A stretch of 64,000 nt of DNA from an uncultured Planctomycetota bacterium. Its GTDB lineage: Bacteria > Planctomycetota > Planctomycetia > Isosphaerales > Isosphaeraceae. Positions 18,226-27,698 of the stretch are shown one piece after another. Position numbers and translations under genes: made by a program. Location: assembly GCA_963737655.1 (NCBI GenBank), contig CAVTTN010000002.1:7328001-7392000 (forward strand). The letters run 5' to 3'. The notes beneath the pieces are model-generated. The model was not told the origin of the DNA. It made no database searches and was given only the letters and a program-made list of their open reading frames with translations. Every line of letters starts with the position of its first letter. Position 1 is the stretch's first letter.

Positions 18226-19272
18226 TCAGGGCTCGGACAGGGGGGCGAGCTTCGCCGAACGTTCCTCGGCCTGGCCGTCGCGCAGGAGCTTCACGCGGAC
18301 TTCCCGGCCGGCTTCCAGGAGCTCGACGGCCGATCGCACCGAGGCCGGCCCGGTCACGTCGCGGTCGTCGATCTTGAGGATCACGTCTCCCGGTCGCAGG
18401 CCCGCGGCCTCGGCCGGGCTGCCGGGCGAGACCGAGGTGATCCGGGCGCCCCCGAGGAGGTTCTTCTCGGCGGCGAGGTCCGGGTCGATCGGCTCGCAAC
18501 CGACCCCGAGGAACGATCGCCGGACCCGGCCGAATTCCGCCAGGTCGGCCGCCACCCGCTTCGCCCGGGACGACGGCACCGCGAAACCCACGCCTTCATA
18601 ACCGCCGCCCAGGGTCTTGATGGCGACGTTGATCCCGACGATCCGACCCTTCAAATCGATCAACGGGCCGCCCGAGGAGCCGGGGTTGATGGCCGCGCCG
18701 GTCTGGATCAGGTCGTCGTAGCCGGCCGCCGGGAACTCCCTTCGGTTCGTGCTGACGATCCCGGCGCTGACCGTACCGGCCAGGCCGAACGGCTGGCCGA
18801 TGGCGAGGACCCAGTCGCCGAGGTCGAGCGCGTCGGAATCGCCCCACTCGGCCGAGGCGAGTCCCTTGGGGTCGATCACGACCAGGGCCAGGTCGCTCCG
18901 GGGGTCGCGGCGGACCTCCCGGGCGGTGCGTTCCCGGCCGTCGGGCAGGGTGACGACGATCCGGGGGACGTCGGGGATCACGTGATCGTTCGTGAGGACG
19001 TAGCCCTTCGCGGCATCGACCACCACGCCCGAACCGCCCCATTCGGGGGGGCCGTCTCGTCCCGGGAAGGCGCCGGGCCGGCGGAAGCCGGGGACCGGGG
19101 TCAGCGGCGGGACGCCTCCGATCCCCCGGACGGTCACCACGGCGGGCAGGACCCGACGGGCGGCCTTGCGGATGGCCGCGGAGATCGCCTCGGCCTCTCC
19201 GTCGGCCCGGACCGACGCCGGGGCAAGGATCGAGGCGGCCAGGGCGAGGGGGAAGATCGCGAGGAGCCTCAT
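18226..19272 (-). CDS. HtrA/DegP-like serine protease with one PDZ domain
   Basis: GSGVVVD, LTNDHV, SDLAL, AAINPGSSGGPL, SPAEAAGLRPGDVILKID. Confidence 0.9.
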   Translation of the reverse strand: MRLLAIFPLALAASILAPASVRADGEAEAISAAIRKAARRVLPAVVTVRGIGGVPPLTPVPGFRRPGAFPGRDGPPEWGGSGVVVDAAKGYVLTNDHVIPDVPRIVVTLPDGRERTAREVRRDPRSDLALVVIDPKGLASAEWGDSDALDLGDWVLAIGQPFGLAGTVSAGIVSTNRREFPAAGYDDLIQTGAAINPGSSGGPLIDLKGRIVGINVAIKTLGGGYEGVGFAVPSSRAKRVAADLAEFGRVRRSFLGVGCEPIDPDLAAEKNLLGGARITSVSPGSPAEAAGLRPGDVILKIDDRDVTGPASVRSAVELLEAGREVRVKLLRDGQAEERSAKLAPLSEP

Positions 19273-19345
19273 GGCCGTCCCTCCTGGAACGTCGAGGGCG
19301 AATCCTCGCCCCTCCTCTCGAATTTACCCAGCCTCGCCGGCCACT

Positions 19346-20008
19346 TCAAGGGTTCAACTCGGCCCGGGCCCATTCCATCAAGGAACGGAGGCGGCTGGTG
19401 TCGTCCATCCCTTCGCTCCTCGCCAACCAGGACGCGACCACATCGGCGGTGAGCAGGGGGAGCGCGAGGCTCCGTTCGATCTTCTCGTAGGCCCCGTCCG
19501 GGCCGAGGCGCCCGAACCAGAGCGCGCCGCCGTCGAATCGCCAGACCTCCGGGACTCCGAGGCCGGCATCGATCGGGAGCTTGGACCGCGAGTCCCGGGT
19601 GTTGTCCACCTCGATGGCCAGATCCGGAGGTGGGTCGCCCGCGTCGAGGTCGAGATCCTTCCGCCCTCGGACCGCCGGCTCGTTCGCGAGATAGAAGCAG
19701 TCGTCGGCTTCCTTCCCCTTGCCGCGATTTCGACCCATCCCCTTGCGTCGGAAGGTCGTCGATCCGGCGCTCGTGCAGGGGATGTTCAGGACGAGAGTCA
19801 CGGCGTGAACCACGAGGCCCAGGCCCCGAGTCTCTCGTTCGTGGCTGTAGGTCGGCGACATGAGCTCCAGCCTCCCGTCGTCGTAGGCCATGCGGAGGCC
19901 GTCGTTGCCCGGGTTGCGCCGGAGGGCCTCGTAGACCTTCCACGGGACGCCTTCCAGGACGATCCGGGGGCGGTCGAGCGTCGCGTCGGTCCGGGTGGTG
20001 GTCGCCAT
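19346..20008 (-). CDS. Uma2 family (DUF820) putative endonuclease
   Basis: GRLELMSPTYSHE, GSTTFRR, EADDCFY, PPPDLAIEVD, LGVPEVWRFDG. Confidence 0.9.
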   Translation of the reverse strand: MATTTRTDATLDRPRIVLEGVPWKVYEALRRNPGNDGLRMAYDDGRLELMSPTYSHERETRGLGLVVHAVTLVLNIPCTSAGSTTFRRKGMGRNRGKGKEADDCFYLANEPAVRGRKDLDLDAGDPPPDLAIEVDNTRDSRSKLPIDAGLGVPEVWRFDGGALWFGRLGPDGAYEKIERSLALPLLTADVVASWLARSEGMDDTSRLRSLMEWARAELNP

Positions 20009-20035
20009 GATCGGGCCTCCGGTCCATCCTTCGGT

Positions 20036-21310
20036 TCAGTTCTTGCGCTTCGGGGCCGGGGTGCTCGCCTTCTTCTCGGGGGTGGCCTTGGCTTTCGGGT
20101 CGGCCGGGAGGTCGTCCTCCGGGGGCTTGCCGGTGAGGGTCAGGCGGACGGTGGGGAGGGAGTCGTAGGGCAGGACCTTGATCCGCCGACCTCCGGTCAG
20201 GGGGAAGACGACCGGGGCGAGCTTGCCGACCGGGACCGTCTTGACGACCTTCGTTTCCTGGGGCGTGCCCTCGTGGGTGATGATTTCCACGTCGGCGGTG
20301 GCCACCGGGGTTTTCGGGTCGTTGTAGAGGACTTCGACCCTCGCCGTGAAGTTGCCGTTGAGGCTGCGAGGGCAGGTGTAAACGGTCTCGCGATCCTTGC
20401 CGCGGCCCTCCTTGACCAGGGTGCCTCCTCCGGCGGACCGGGGATGGAAATGGTCGGCGGTGGAGGCGGCGGGGTCCTCGACGACCAGGTCGAACCCGGC
20501 GTTTCCCGACCAGGTCAGGCGGAGGACCACGTCTCGGGCCTCGATCTCGGGCAGGCGGGCCAGGAGGGCGTCGGCCTCCGAGGTCTTGTCGTCCTCGCGG
20601 AGTCCCCGGGCGAGCTCGACGGCTCGCTGATGGGCGCCGACCCTCCAGATCTCATCGACGCCCGGCCAGCCGAGGCTCAGGAGGCGGTCCATCGCGTCGC
20701 CGAACCTCTTGCCGTCGCGGAGCCGTTCGGCCTGGGCCATGCTCATCAGGATCGGCTCGGGTCGGTTCGGCGCGGCGTCCATCGCCAGGTCGAGGATCTC
20801 GGCCAGGCGGAGCCTGGGGCGGCCGGGGAGGTCGAACTCGTCGTACTTCCTCAGCGCGAGCTGGTCGGCCGCGGCGATCAGGAGGATCGGGTCTTTCCGC
20901 CTCCGGGCGAGGTCCGCACCCCACCCGAAGGCCGCCTTGATCTGGGCCGGGTCGCGCCTGGATTTCTCCATGGACGTGCCGAGCGTCTCGTACATCCACG
21001 GCTCGGCGTGCTTGCCGTGGTACTTCAGGTACGCCGTGAGCGCCCGCTCCACGTCGTCGAACTTCGAGAGCTGGAGGAGGAAGCGGACGTCGGCGAGGAT
21101 CTGGATCTCGGGGACGTCGGCCTGCCTCTTGTAATAGGCGTCGTAGTCGCTCACGGGGCTGGGCGCGGAGGCGAGGGCGGAGGCCGGCGCGGCTTTCGGG
21201 GTGCCCGGAACGGCCGAGGGGCCGGAGGCGCCTGGATTGCGCGCCCCGGCCCCGGGGAGGATTGGTCGGCGATCCGGGCGAGGAGCCCGGTCGAGGCGCG
21301 AGCGCCTCAC
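20036..21310 (-). CDS. Hypothetical protein, possibly the C-terminal half of the upstream gene
   Basis: AEPWMYETLG, RDVVLRLTWSGNAGFDLVVEDP; same frame as 21311..23029 and starts immediately after its TGA. Confidence 0.7.
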   Translation of the reverse strand: MRRSRLDRAPRPDRRPILPGAGARNPGASGPSAVPGTPKAAPASALASAPSPVSDYDAYYKRQADVPEIQILADVRFLLQLSKFDDVERALTAYLKYHGKHAEPWMYETLGTSMEKSRRDPAQIKAAFGWGADLARRRKDPILLIAAADQLALRKYDEFDLPGRPRLRLAEILDLAMDAAPNRPEPILMSMAQAERLRDGKRFGDAMDRLLSLGWPGVDEIWRVGAHQRAVELARGLREDDKTSEADALLARLPEIEARDVVLRLTWSGNAGFDLVVEDPAASTADHFHPRSAGGGTLVKEGRGKDRETVYTCPRSLNGNFTARVEVLYNDPKTPVATADVEIITHEGTPQETKVVKTVPVGKLAPVVFPLTGGRRIKVLPYDSLPTVRLTLTGKPPEDDLPADPKAKATPEKKASTPAPKRKN

Positions 21311-23029
21311 TCACCTGCTTTTTTTTTGCCCGAGGGGAGGCACCGGATCCTGGGCCGGCGGGGCCAGGGGCATGGACCTCATGCCGCCCATTCCGCCGCC
21401 CATGCCGCCCATACCGCCGCCCATACCGCCGCCCATTCCGCCGCCCATGCCGCCCATACCGCCGCCCATGCCGCCCATACCGCCGCCCATGCCGCCGCCG
21501 CCGCCCATCAGGGAGAACGGGATGATGGCGAGGTCGGCCACGGGGTAGACGCGGATCTCGGTCGGCTGGTCCTTGGAGGCCGTGGAGGTGATGGTCAGCA
21601 GCCCGTCCTTGACGGTATACGTCAGGTCGAGTTGCTTCAGCAGGAGCTTGAGCGACTTCTTCAGCGCCACGCCGTCGAGGTTCAGGGTGATCGGCGAGGC
21701 CATCGTCTTCTCGGCCTCCTGGAGGCCGACCGGATCGACGTAGATCGGGATGCCCTGGGGCATGTCCTGACCGGAGGTCGCCGTCTTGATGTACTTGATC
21801 ACGTCCTCAAGGGGCGTCTCGTTGCCGAACGGCATCGACACGGGCTGGTCGAGCTTGTTGAGGATCGCCTGGCTCTTGGGGTCCCGCGAGTCGAGCGACA
21901 CGCTCTCGTACCGCTTGATCCGCTTCTCGGAGATCTCCCGCCAGTGCTCGGCGTCGGGGTACTCGATGGTGATCGTGTCGGGGAACGGGACGGAGGCCCG
22001 GGTCACGTCGTTCATCGTCAGGAGGAAGCGGTACTCCTTCAGCTCCTCGAACGACAGCTCGTTGGCGAGCGAGCCGATGAACTGGCTGTAGTCGAGGCCG
22101 ACGGCCGGGGTGGGATCGTTGGGGTCGAGGGCGCGGGCCTGCTGGGCGTAGAGGTGGGCCTCGGCGAACGGGGCGATCGCCTTGGCGATGTTGCCGGTGC
22201 CGCCGTTGAACAGGACGTTGTACTGACCCTGGGCCATCAGGGTGTCGAACCGGGTCATCAGGGCGTTGACCGTCTCCTGGTTGGTCTCGAGCTGCTCCAG
22301 GACGCGGGCCCGTTGCTGGGCGACCAGCTGGAGGCGGTTCATCTCGGCCTGGTTGAGCTGGATGTCCTCCTCGCGCTTGACGGTGGCGGCGTACTCGGCC
22401 TGGAGGCGGCCGATCAGGGCGTCTCGGACCGAGGGGGGCACCATGCTGTCGCCGGACACCGCGGTCATCCCGAGGCGGAGGAGGTTCAGCGCGCCGTCGG
22501 GGTTGGCACGGTTGACCTCGTCGCGGGCCTGGGCGATCCGCTCATTCGTGGCGGCGGTCAACTGCTGGACCAGGACGCGCTGGAGCTGCTCGGCCCGTTC
22601 GATGGTCGAGCTGGACCCGGGAGCCGGGAGGACGGCCTCTCCCTCGGCAGCTCCCCCGGGAGCGGGGAGGACCGGGATGTCCTCGGCGCCGGCCGGCGAG
22701 TCGCCCCCGGTGGCCGGGGCGGGCGGGGCGGGCGGCTGGGCCGGGCTGTCGATCGGCTTGTTCGGGTCCTGGCGGGTCAGGCGGATGGTGCGGACGCTGT
22801 CCAGGCCCTTCCGGGCCGCCTGGTTCTTCGGATCGCGCTTGAGGGCCTCGGCGAAGAACTTGGCGGCGTCGGACTTGCGGCCGGCGGCCTTGGCCTGCTC
22901 GCCCAAGCCGACGAGCTGATCGGCCAGAGGCGGCACGTCGGCCGCCCCGGCCAGGGCGGCGGACATCAGCAGCAGCACGCCGGCGGCTAGGAGGCCGGCC
23001 CCCTTCCTCGGTCGCGCGGTTCGGGTCAT
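21311..23029 (-). CDS. Secreted planctomycete-type protein with TPR-like and STN-like domains and a GGM-repeat tail
   Basis: Signal peptide; FGNETPLEDVIKYIK, IPIYVDPVGLQEAE, LTYTVKDGLLTITS, RVYPVADL; (GGMG)n tail encoded at about 21380-21508. Confidence 0.8.
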   Translation of the reverse strand: MTRTARPRKGAGLLAAGVLLLMSAALAGAADVPPLADQLVGLGEQAKAAGRKSDAAKFFAEALKRDPKNQAARKGLDSVRTIRLTRQDPNKPIDSPAQPPAPPAPATGGDSPAGAEDIPVLPAPGGAAEGEAVLPAPGSSSTIERAEQLQRVLVQQLTAATNERIAQARDEVNRANPDGALNLLRLGMTAVSGDSMVPPSVRDALIGRLQAEYAATVKREEDIQLNQAEMNRLQLVAQQRARVLEQLETNQETVNALMTRFDTLMAQGQYNVLFNGGTGNIAKAIAPFAEAHLYAQQARALDPNDPTPAVGLDYSQFIGSLANELSFEELKEYRFLLTMNDVTRASVPFPDTITIEYPDAEHWREISEKRIKRYESVSLDSRDPKSQAILNKLDQPVSMPFGNETPLEDVIKYIKTATSGQDMPQGIPIYVDPVGLQEAEKTMASPITLNLDGVALKKSLKLLLKQLDLTYTVKDGLLTITSTASKDQPTEIRVYPVADLAIIPFSLMGGGGGMGGGMGGMGGGMGGMGGGMGGGMGGGMGGMGGGMGGMRSMPLAPPAQDPVPPLGQKKSR

Positions 23030-23302
23030 GATCGGGACCTCCAGGAGATGGACGACCGGCTCGGGTCGCGATGGGTCGGCTCGGGGCGCGAGGGGTTGGA
23101 TTCGACTCTAACGGACCGCGACGCGGCGGACAAGCCGGGACGTCCCCGGGCTTCTCCGTCGGATTCGCGCGATGTCCGCTCTTCGTCTTCCATTATGGCA
23201 CACGAGCCCGCCCCGAGGGTTTGACACCGCCGACCGGGCGTCCTAGGTCTCTGGCGGGGACGCTCGATCGCCAGCACCGACAGGACCGGAGGGCCGGGAC
23301 TC

Positions 23303-23710
23303 ATGGCCGCCAATGAGGAGACGCCTCGCGACGCCGCGAAATTCGATTTCTCCGCGTATCCTCCGGATACTCTGTTCCACGAGCGTCGGGAGAACCGCGA
23401 TCGGAGGGCCGTCGAAGCCCCCCCGCCGGTCCTCGTCCCGGCGGTCGTCCCCGAGAAGCGGGCTCGCAAGGAACGCCGGAGACGCATCGACCCAACCACG
23501 TTCGAGAAGCAATACACCGACGACGAAATCGAGTTCATGAACGCCATGCAACGGTTCAAGGTCCAGTCGGGGAAGTCCTTCCCCACCTATGGGGAAGTGC
23601 TCCGCGTGGCCTTCGGCCTCGGCTATCGCCGGGTGATCCGCGACGACCTGCCCTTCGACGACGACGAGCCGGCCGAAGTCCCGGAACTCGACGCCCTGGG
23701 CGTCCTCTAA
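23303..23710 (+). CDS. Conserved planctomycete hypothetical protein (ERR...IDPTT...DEIEFM family)
   Basis: ERRENRDRR, KERRRRIDPTTFEKQYTDDEIEFMNAMQRFK...FPTYGEVL...LGYR. Confidence 0.8.
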   Translation: MAANEETPRDAAKFDFSAYPPDTLFHERRENRDRRAVEAPPPVLVPAVVPEKRARKERRRRIDPTTFEKQYTDDEIEFMNAMQRFKVQSGKSFPTYGEVLRVAFGLGYRRVIRDDLPFDDDEPAEVPELDALGVL

Positions 23711-23737
23711 AGCATGCCACCCGGCCAAACGACACGA

Positions 23738-23782
23738 CCGACGCGAAGACGAAGGGCCCGGAAGCCCTTCGTCTCGCGTCGG
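23738..23782. terminator. Hairpin between convergent genes
   Basis: ccgacgcgaagacgaagggc...gcccttcgtctcgcgtcgg. Confidence 0.5.
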
Positions 23783-23822
23783 CCGTTGTGTTCCTTGGCT
23801 TGGGAGGCCGCCTCGACGGACC

Positions 23823-24758
23823 TCAGCGCTGGATGACCTCCGCTCCGGTCCCGTCGCGGAGCAGGCTGGCCCAGGCATGGACGGCCTGGCTGGTCAGGCG
23901 GACGGCCTGGGTCAGCCGTTCGGACTTCGAGGGGCCGGTCGGCTCGATCGCCACGGGGGCGAGTTCGGCCTTCATCGCGAAATCCAGGCCCGGGTAGAGG
24001 CTGGCGATCATTTCATCGAGGGTCGCCGGGACTTCGGCCACGAGGACCTTCTCCTCGGCGATCGGGGCGAGGTCGGCCACGAAGGTGGTGACCGTCTGGT
24101 CCACGACGGCCGAGAAGGCGGCGTCGGGGTCGGCGGTCCCGGGCGAGACGGCGATCAGCTCGGCCGCCGGAGCGGCGGGCGGGGCCTCGGCCGGCGGCGA
24201 GGCCACGGGCGTCTCGGCGACCCGGATGTCGGCCGGAGCGGCCACCGGCAGGTAATCCGGCAACGGGGGGAGCGTCGGCTCGACCGGCTCGAACCGGCCG
24301 ACCAGCCCCGGAACGTCGCCCAGGGCCGGCGGGATCGGCGCAGGAGCGGCCATCGGAGGAGCCTCGGGAGCCGGGGCCGTCGCGACCTTCGGCGCCTCGG
24401 CGGCCTCGGGGGCCGGCGAGGGCATCGGCATCGGCTCGGAGACGACCGGGGTCGTTTCGTCGGAGGGCATGGGCATGGGCATCGGCATGGGCATGGGCAT
24501 GGGCGAGAGGGCAGGGGCCGGCGGGGCCGTCACGATCGGGGCGGCCGGCTTCTCCGGCGCGACCGGGGCGATCGCCACGGGCGACCGGGCCAGGTCGTCG
24601 GCCCTGGGTTCGGCCACCACGATGAAGGCATCCGCCCCCTTCGGCATGGGCGACACCGTCGCCTCATTCCTCGCGATCAGCCCCACTTTCCGGGCCGTGC
24701 TCGGCAGATCCAGGGCCAGACCCGCCACCAAACCCACCAGGATCAAGCGAAGAGCCAT
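23823..24758 (-). CDS. Pro/Ala-rich hypothetical protein with (MP)n tract
   Basis: N-terminus MALRLILVGLVAGLALDLP; C-terminus RLTQAVRLTSQAVHAWASLL. Confidence 0.65.
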   Translation of the reverse strand: MALRLILVGLVAGLALDLPSTARKVGLIARNEATVSPMPKGADAFIVVAEPRADDLARSPVAIAPVAPEKPAAPIVTAPPAPALSPMPMPMPMPMPMPSDETTPVVSEPMPMPSPAPEAAEAPKVATAPAPEAPPMAAPAPIPPALGDVPGLVGRFEPVEPTLPPLPDYLPVAAPADIRVAETPVASPPAEAPPAAPAAELIAVSPGTADPDAAFSAVVDQTVTTFVADLAPIAEEKVLVAEVPATLDEMIASLYPGLDFAMKAELAPVAIEPTGPSKSERLTQAVRLTSQAVHAWASLLRDGTGAEVIQR

Positions 24759-25037
24759 CGGAGGAACTCCAGGAAACGTACGGAAAGATCGCATGGCAAG
24801 AGGATTCCGTCCCAAAGGTCGGATCGGGGCCCCTCGGCGAACGCGGGGTTTGTATTGGAGTCTATCGACCACGGGTTCCGGGGCCTTTAAGACATCAGGG
24901 CAAGCCGGATCAATGGGGTAAGGAAGTCTGACCGGCGAAGCGGCTCTCATCGGCGAAGGGATTCGCGTTGTCGGGGTGGGGAAAAACCGTAGGATGGCGG
25001 TGCCGGGCGGGGTCCGTCTGGTGGGGAGGCCGCGACG

Positions 25038-26021
25038 ATGGGCCGAAGCGTGCTGGTGACCGGGGCAGGGGGGTTCATCGGGAGCCACCTGACCGAACGA
25101 CTCGTCCGCGACGGCCACGCCGTCCGGGCCTTCGTCCGCTACAACGGCCGGGACGATCGCGGCCACCTCGACCGGCTTCCCAGGGCCGTCCGCGAGGCGA
25201 TCGAGGTGCATCGGGGCGACCTGAAAGACCCGGAGGCCGTCCGAAAGGCCGTCGCGGGCCGCGAATGGGTGTTCCACCTCGGCGCCCTGATCGCGATCCC
25301 GTATTCGTACCAGAACCCGCTGGACGTGGTCCAAACCAACGCGGTCGGAACGGCGCATGTCCTGGACGCCGCGAGAGATAGCGACGCCCTGGACCGCCTG
25401 ATCCTCACGTCCACGTCCGAGGTCTACGGCACGGCCCGCCATGTCCCGATCGACGAAAGCCACCCGCTCCAGGGTCAATCGCCCTATGCGGCGTCCAAGA
25501 TCGCCAGCGACGCCCTGGGCCTGAGCTATCATCGTTCGTTCGGCCTGCCGGTGGCGGTGCTGAGGCCGTTCAACACGTTCGGCCCCAGGCAATCGGCCCG
25601 GGCGATCATCCCGACGATCATCAGCCAGGCCCTGGCCCGGTCGAAGGTCAAGCTCGGCAGCCTCGATCCTCGCCGGGACCTGACTTACGTCGAGGACACG
25701 GCCGCCGGGTTCGCCGAGATCGGCGCCTGCGACGCCGCGATCGGCCGGGTGGTGAACATCGGACGAGGCTCGGACCTCACCATCGGCGAGCTCGTCCAGA
25801 CGATCGCCCAGAGGCTCGGCCAACCGATCGCGGTCGAGACCGACGCGCAACGAGTCCGGCCGGCGGCCAGCGAGGTCGGCCGCCTCCTGGCCGGGACGGC
25901 CCTGGCCAAGGAACTCTGGGGCTGGGAGCCGAAGTTCTCTCTGGAAGACGGGTTAGATCGAACGATCGCCTGGGTCCGGGAGAACCTCGACGCCTTCCGG
26001 GTGGACGAATACACCACCTGA
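25038..26021 (+). CDS. NAD-dependent nucleotide-sugar epimerase/4,6-dehydratase
   Basis: VTGAGGFIGSHL, TSTSEVYG, PYAASK, RPFNTFGPRQSARA. Confidence 0.92.
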   Translation: MGRSVLVTGAGGFIGSHLTERLVRDGHAVRAFVRYNGRDDRGHLDRLPRAVREAIEVHRGDLKDPEAVRKAVAGREWVFHLGALIAIPYSYQNPLDVVQTNAVGTAHVLDAARDSDALDRLILTSTSEVYGTARHVPIDESHPLQGQSPYAASKIASDALGLSYHRSFGLPVAVLRPFNTFGPRQSARAIIPTIISQALARSKVKLGSLDPRRDLTYVEDTAAGFAEIGACDAAIGRVVNIGRGSDLTIGELVQTIAQRLGQPIAVETDAQRVRPAASEVGRLLAGTALAKELWGWEPKFSLEDGLDRTIAWVRENLDAFRVDEYTT

Positions 26022-26041
26022 GCGGAGGGTCCGCCGGTCGG

Positions 26042-26070
26042 TTGCGAGGGGGATCGGCGGTCCCTATAAT
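26042..26070 (+). promoter_or_regulatory. Sigma70-type promoter for nrnA (possibly nrnA-Rieske-cytb)
   Basis: TTGCGA-N17-TATAAT, 41 nt upstream of ATG 26112. Confidence 0.6.
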
Positions 26071-26111
26071 GGCGGCTCCCACCGAGGAACCGCCCGCCGC
26101 CAGGATCCGCC

Positions 26112-27095
26112 ATGACCATCGACTGGACGCCGCTGTCCGACCTGATCGCCTCCCACGACCGCTTCCTCGTGACCAGCCACGTCCGCCCCGACGGCGACGC
26201 GCTGGGCTCGGAAGTGGGCATGGCGGGGATCTTGCGGCATTTTGGCAAGGACGTCCGCATCGTCAACACGAGCCTGACGCCCCCTCGCTACGACTTCCTC
26301 GACCCCGACGGCTCGGCCTTCGAACATTTCGGAACGACCGTCCAGCCCGAGGCCCTCGCCGATCGCCAGGCCCTGGTGATCCTCGACCTTTCCAGTTGGG
26401 GCCAACTGGGCGAGATGGCGGAGTTCGTCCGGGCCTTCCCCGGGCCCCGCGTGGTCGTCGATCATCACGTCAGCCAGGATGACCTCGGCGCGATCTACTT
26501 GAAGGACACGACGGCCGAGGCGACCGGGACGCTGGTCCTCCGCGCCGCCCATGCGTTGAAGGCGCCGGTCACCGCGACGATGGCCGCCGGTCTCCTGACC
26601 GCGATCGCGATGGATACCGGCTGGTTCCATCATCCCTCGACCCGTCCCGAGACGCTGCGGGGGGCCGCCGAACTGGTCGAGGCCGGGGCGGAGATCGATA
26701 CGATCTATCGCCTCCTGTTCGAGAGGAATACGCTCGGCCGGCTGAAGATGATGGGCGAGACGCTCGCCTCCCTGAAGACGGAGCTCGACGGCCGGGTCGC
26801 CCACGCCGCGGTGACCCGCGAGGACTTCGAGAGGACCGGGGCGATCCCGCCGGACACCGAGGACCTCGTCGATTTCACCGTGACGTTGCGAGGCGTCGAG
26901 GTCGGCCTCCTGTTCATCGAGCAGAAACGAGGCGGGATCAAGCTGAGCGTCCGCTCCCGGGCGGGTTTCGATTGCTCGAAGCTCGCGGCCCAGTTCGGCG
27001 GAGGCGGTCACAAGGCCGCCGCCGGGGCCACGCTGCCCGACCCCTTGCCCGAGGCCCTGGCCCGCGTCCTGGAGGCCGTCCGCGTCTCGCTCTGA
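26112..27095 (+). CDS. nrnA: DHH/DHHA1 phosphoesterase (nanoRNase/pAp phosphatase)
   Basis: SHVRPDGDALGS, VVDHH, DTGWF, SVRSR, FGGGGHKAAAGA. Confidence 0.88.
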   Translation: MTIDWTPLSDLIASHDRFLVTSHVRPDGDALGSEVGMAGILRHFGKDVRIVNTSLTPPRYDFLDPDGSAFEHFGTTVQPEALADRQALVILDLSSWGQLGEMAEFVRAFPGPRVVVDHHVSQDDLGAIYLKDTTAEATGTLVLRAAHALKAPVTATMAAGLLTAIAMDTGWFHHPSTRPETLRGAAELVEAGAEIDTIYRLLFERNTLGRLKMMGETLASLKTELDGRVAHAAVTREDFERTGAIPPDTEDLVDFTVTLRGVEVGLLFIEQKRGGIKLSVRSRAGFDCSKLAAQFGGGGHKAAAGATLPDPLPEALARVLEAVRVSL

Positions 27096-27170
27096 ACGAC
27101 ATCCCCGAGGACCGACCGCCCGGGCCCCCGGATCGCCGGGGCGGCCGACTCTTCCCTCCCCGAGCCCGCC

Positions 27171-27698
27171 ATGCCCACCCGACGTGACCTCTACCGATTC
27201 GGAACGATCGCCCTCGGCGGCCTCCTGACCCTGGCTTTGGCCGTCCCGGGCGTGGCGTATGTGCTCGACCCTCTGATGAGGAAGCGGTCGGCCGCGAAGG
27301 TCTTCCGGCTGGCCAAGCTCAGCGAGCTGGAGGTCGAGGTCCCCCAGTCCTTCCCGATCGTGGACGAGCGGCAGGATGCCTGGGTGAAGTATCCCAAGGA
27401 GCCGATCGGCCTGGTCTGGCTCGTCCGCCAGAAGGACGGGGCGCCCGAGAAGGTCATCGCGTTCCAGGCCGAGTGCCCCCACCTCGGCTGCGCCGTGAAC
27501 GTCACGGCCGACAAGAAGAGCTTCCGCTGCCCGTGCCACGACAGCGCCTTCACCCTCCAGGGGACGCCCGAGAACCGGGTCCCGCCCCGCCCGATGGACC
27601 GCCTGCCCGTCGAGCTTTCCGAGGACGCCGACCCCCTGATCCGCGTGACCTTCGAGCGGTTCCGGTCCCAGACCGAGGAGAAGATCCCCCTTGCTTAA
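27171..27698 (+). CDS. Rieske 2Fe-2S subunit of a bc-type complex (Tat signal)
   Basis: TRRDLY Tat-like motif, CPHLGC and CPCHDSAF, PPRPMDRL. Confidence 0.92.
   Translation: MPTRRDLYRFGTIALGGLLTLALAVPGVAYVLDPLMRKRSAAKVFRLAKLSELEVEVPQSFPIVDERQDAWVKYPKEPIGLVWLVRQKDGAPEKVIAFQAECPHLGCAVNVTADKKSFRCPCHDSAFTLQGTPENRVPPRPMDRLPVELSEDADPLIRVTFERFRSQTEEKIPLA

Noticed and set aside
21311..21313. Selenocysteine UGA with SECIS
   Set aside because: The low-complexity context has no redox motif and the hairpin does not clearly resemble a bacterial SECIS; kept only as a generic recoding candidate.
21380..21508. 12-bp-type tandem repeat as a separate DNA element
   Set aside because: It is the coding sequence of the GGMG tail; likewise the MP tract near 24470-24500.
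19166..22990. Very long antisense ORFs (1274 aa here; also 47581..52125, 9868..12303, 54579..58382)
   Set aside because: They shadow well-supported genes on the opposite strand, which is expected in high-GC DNA, and carry no recognisable motifs.
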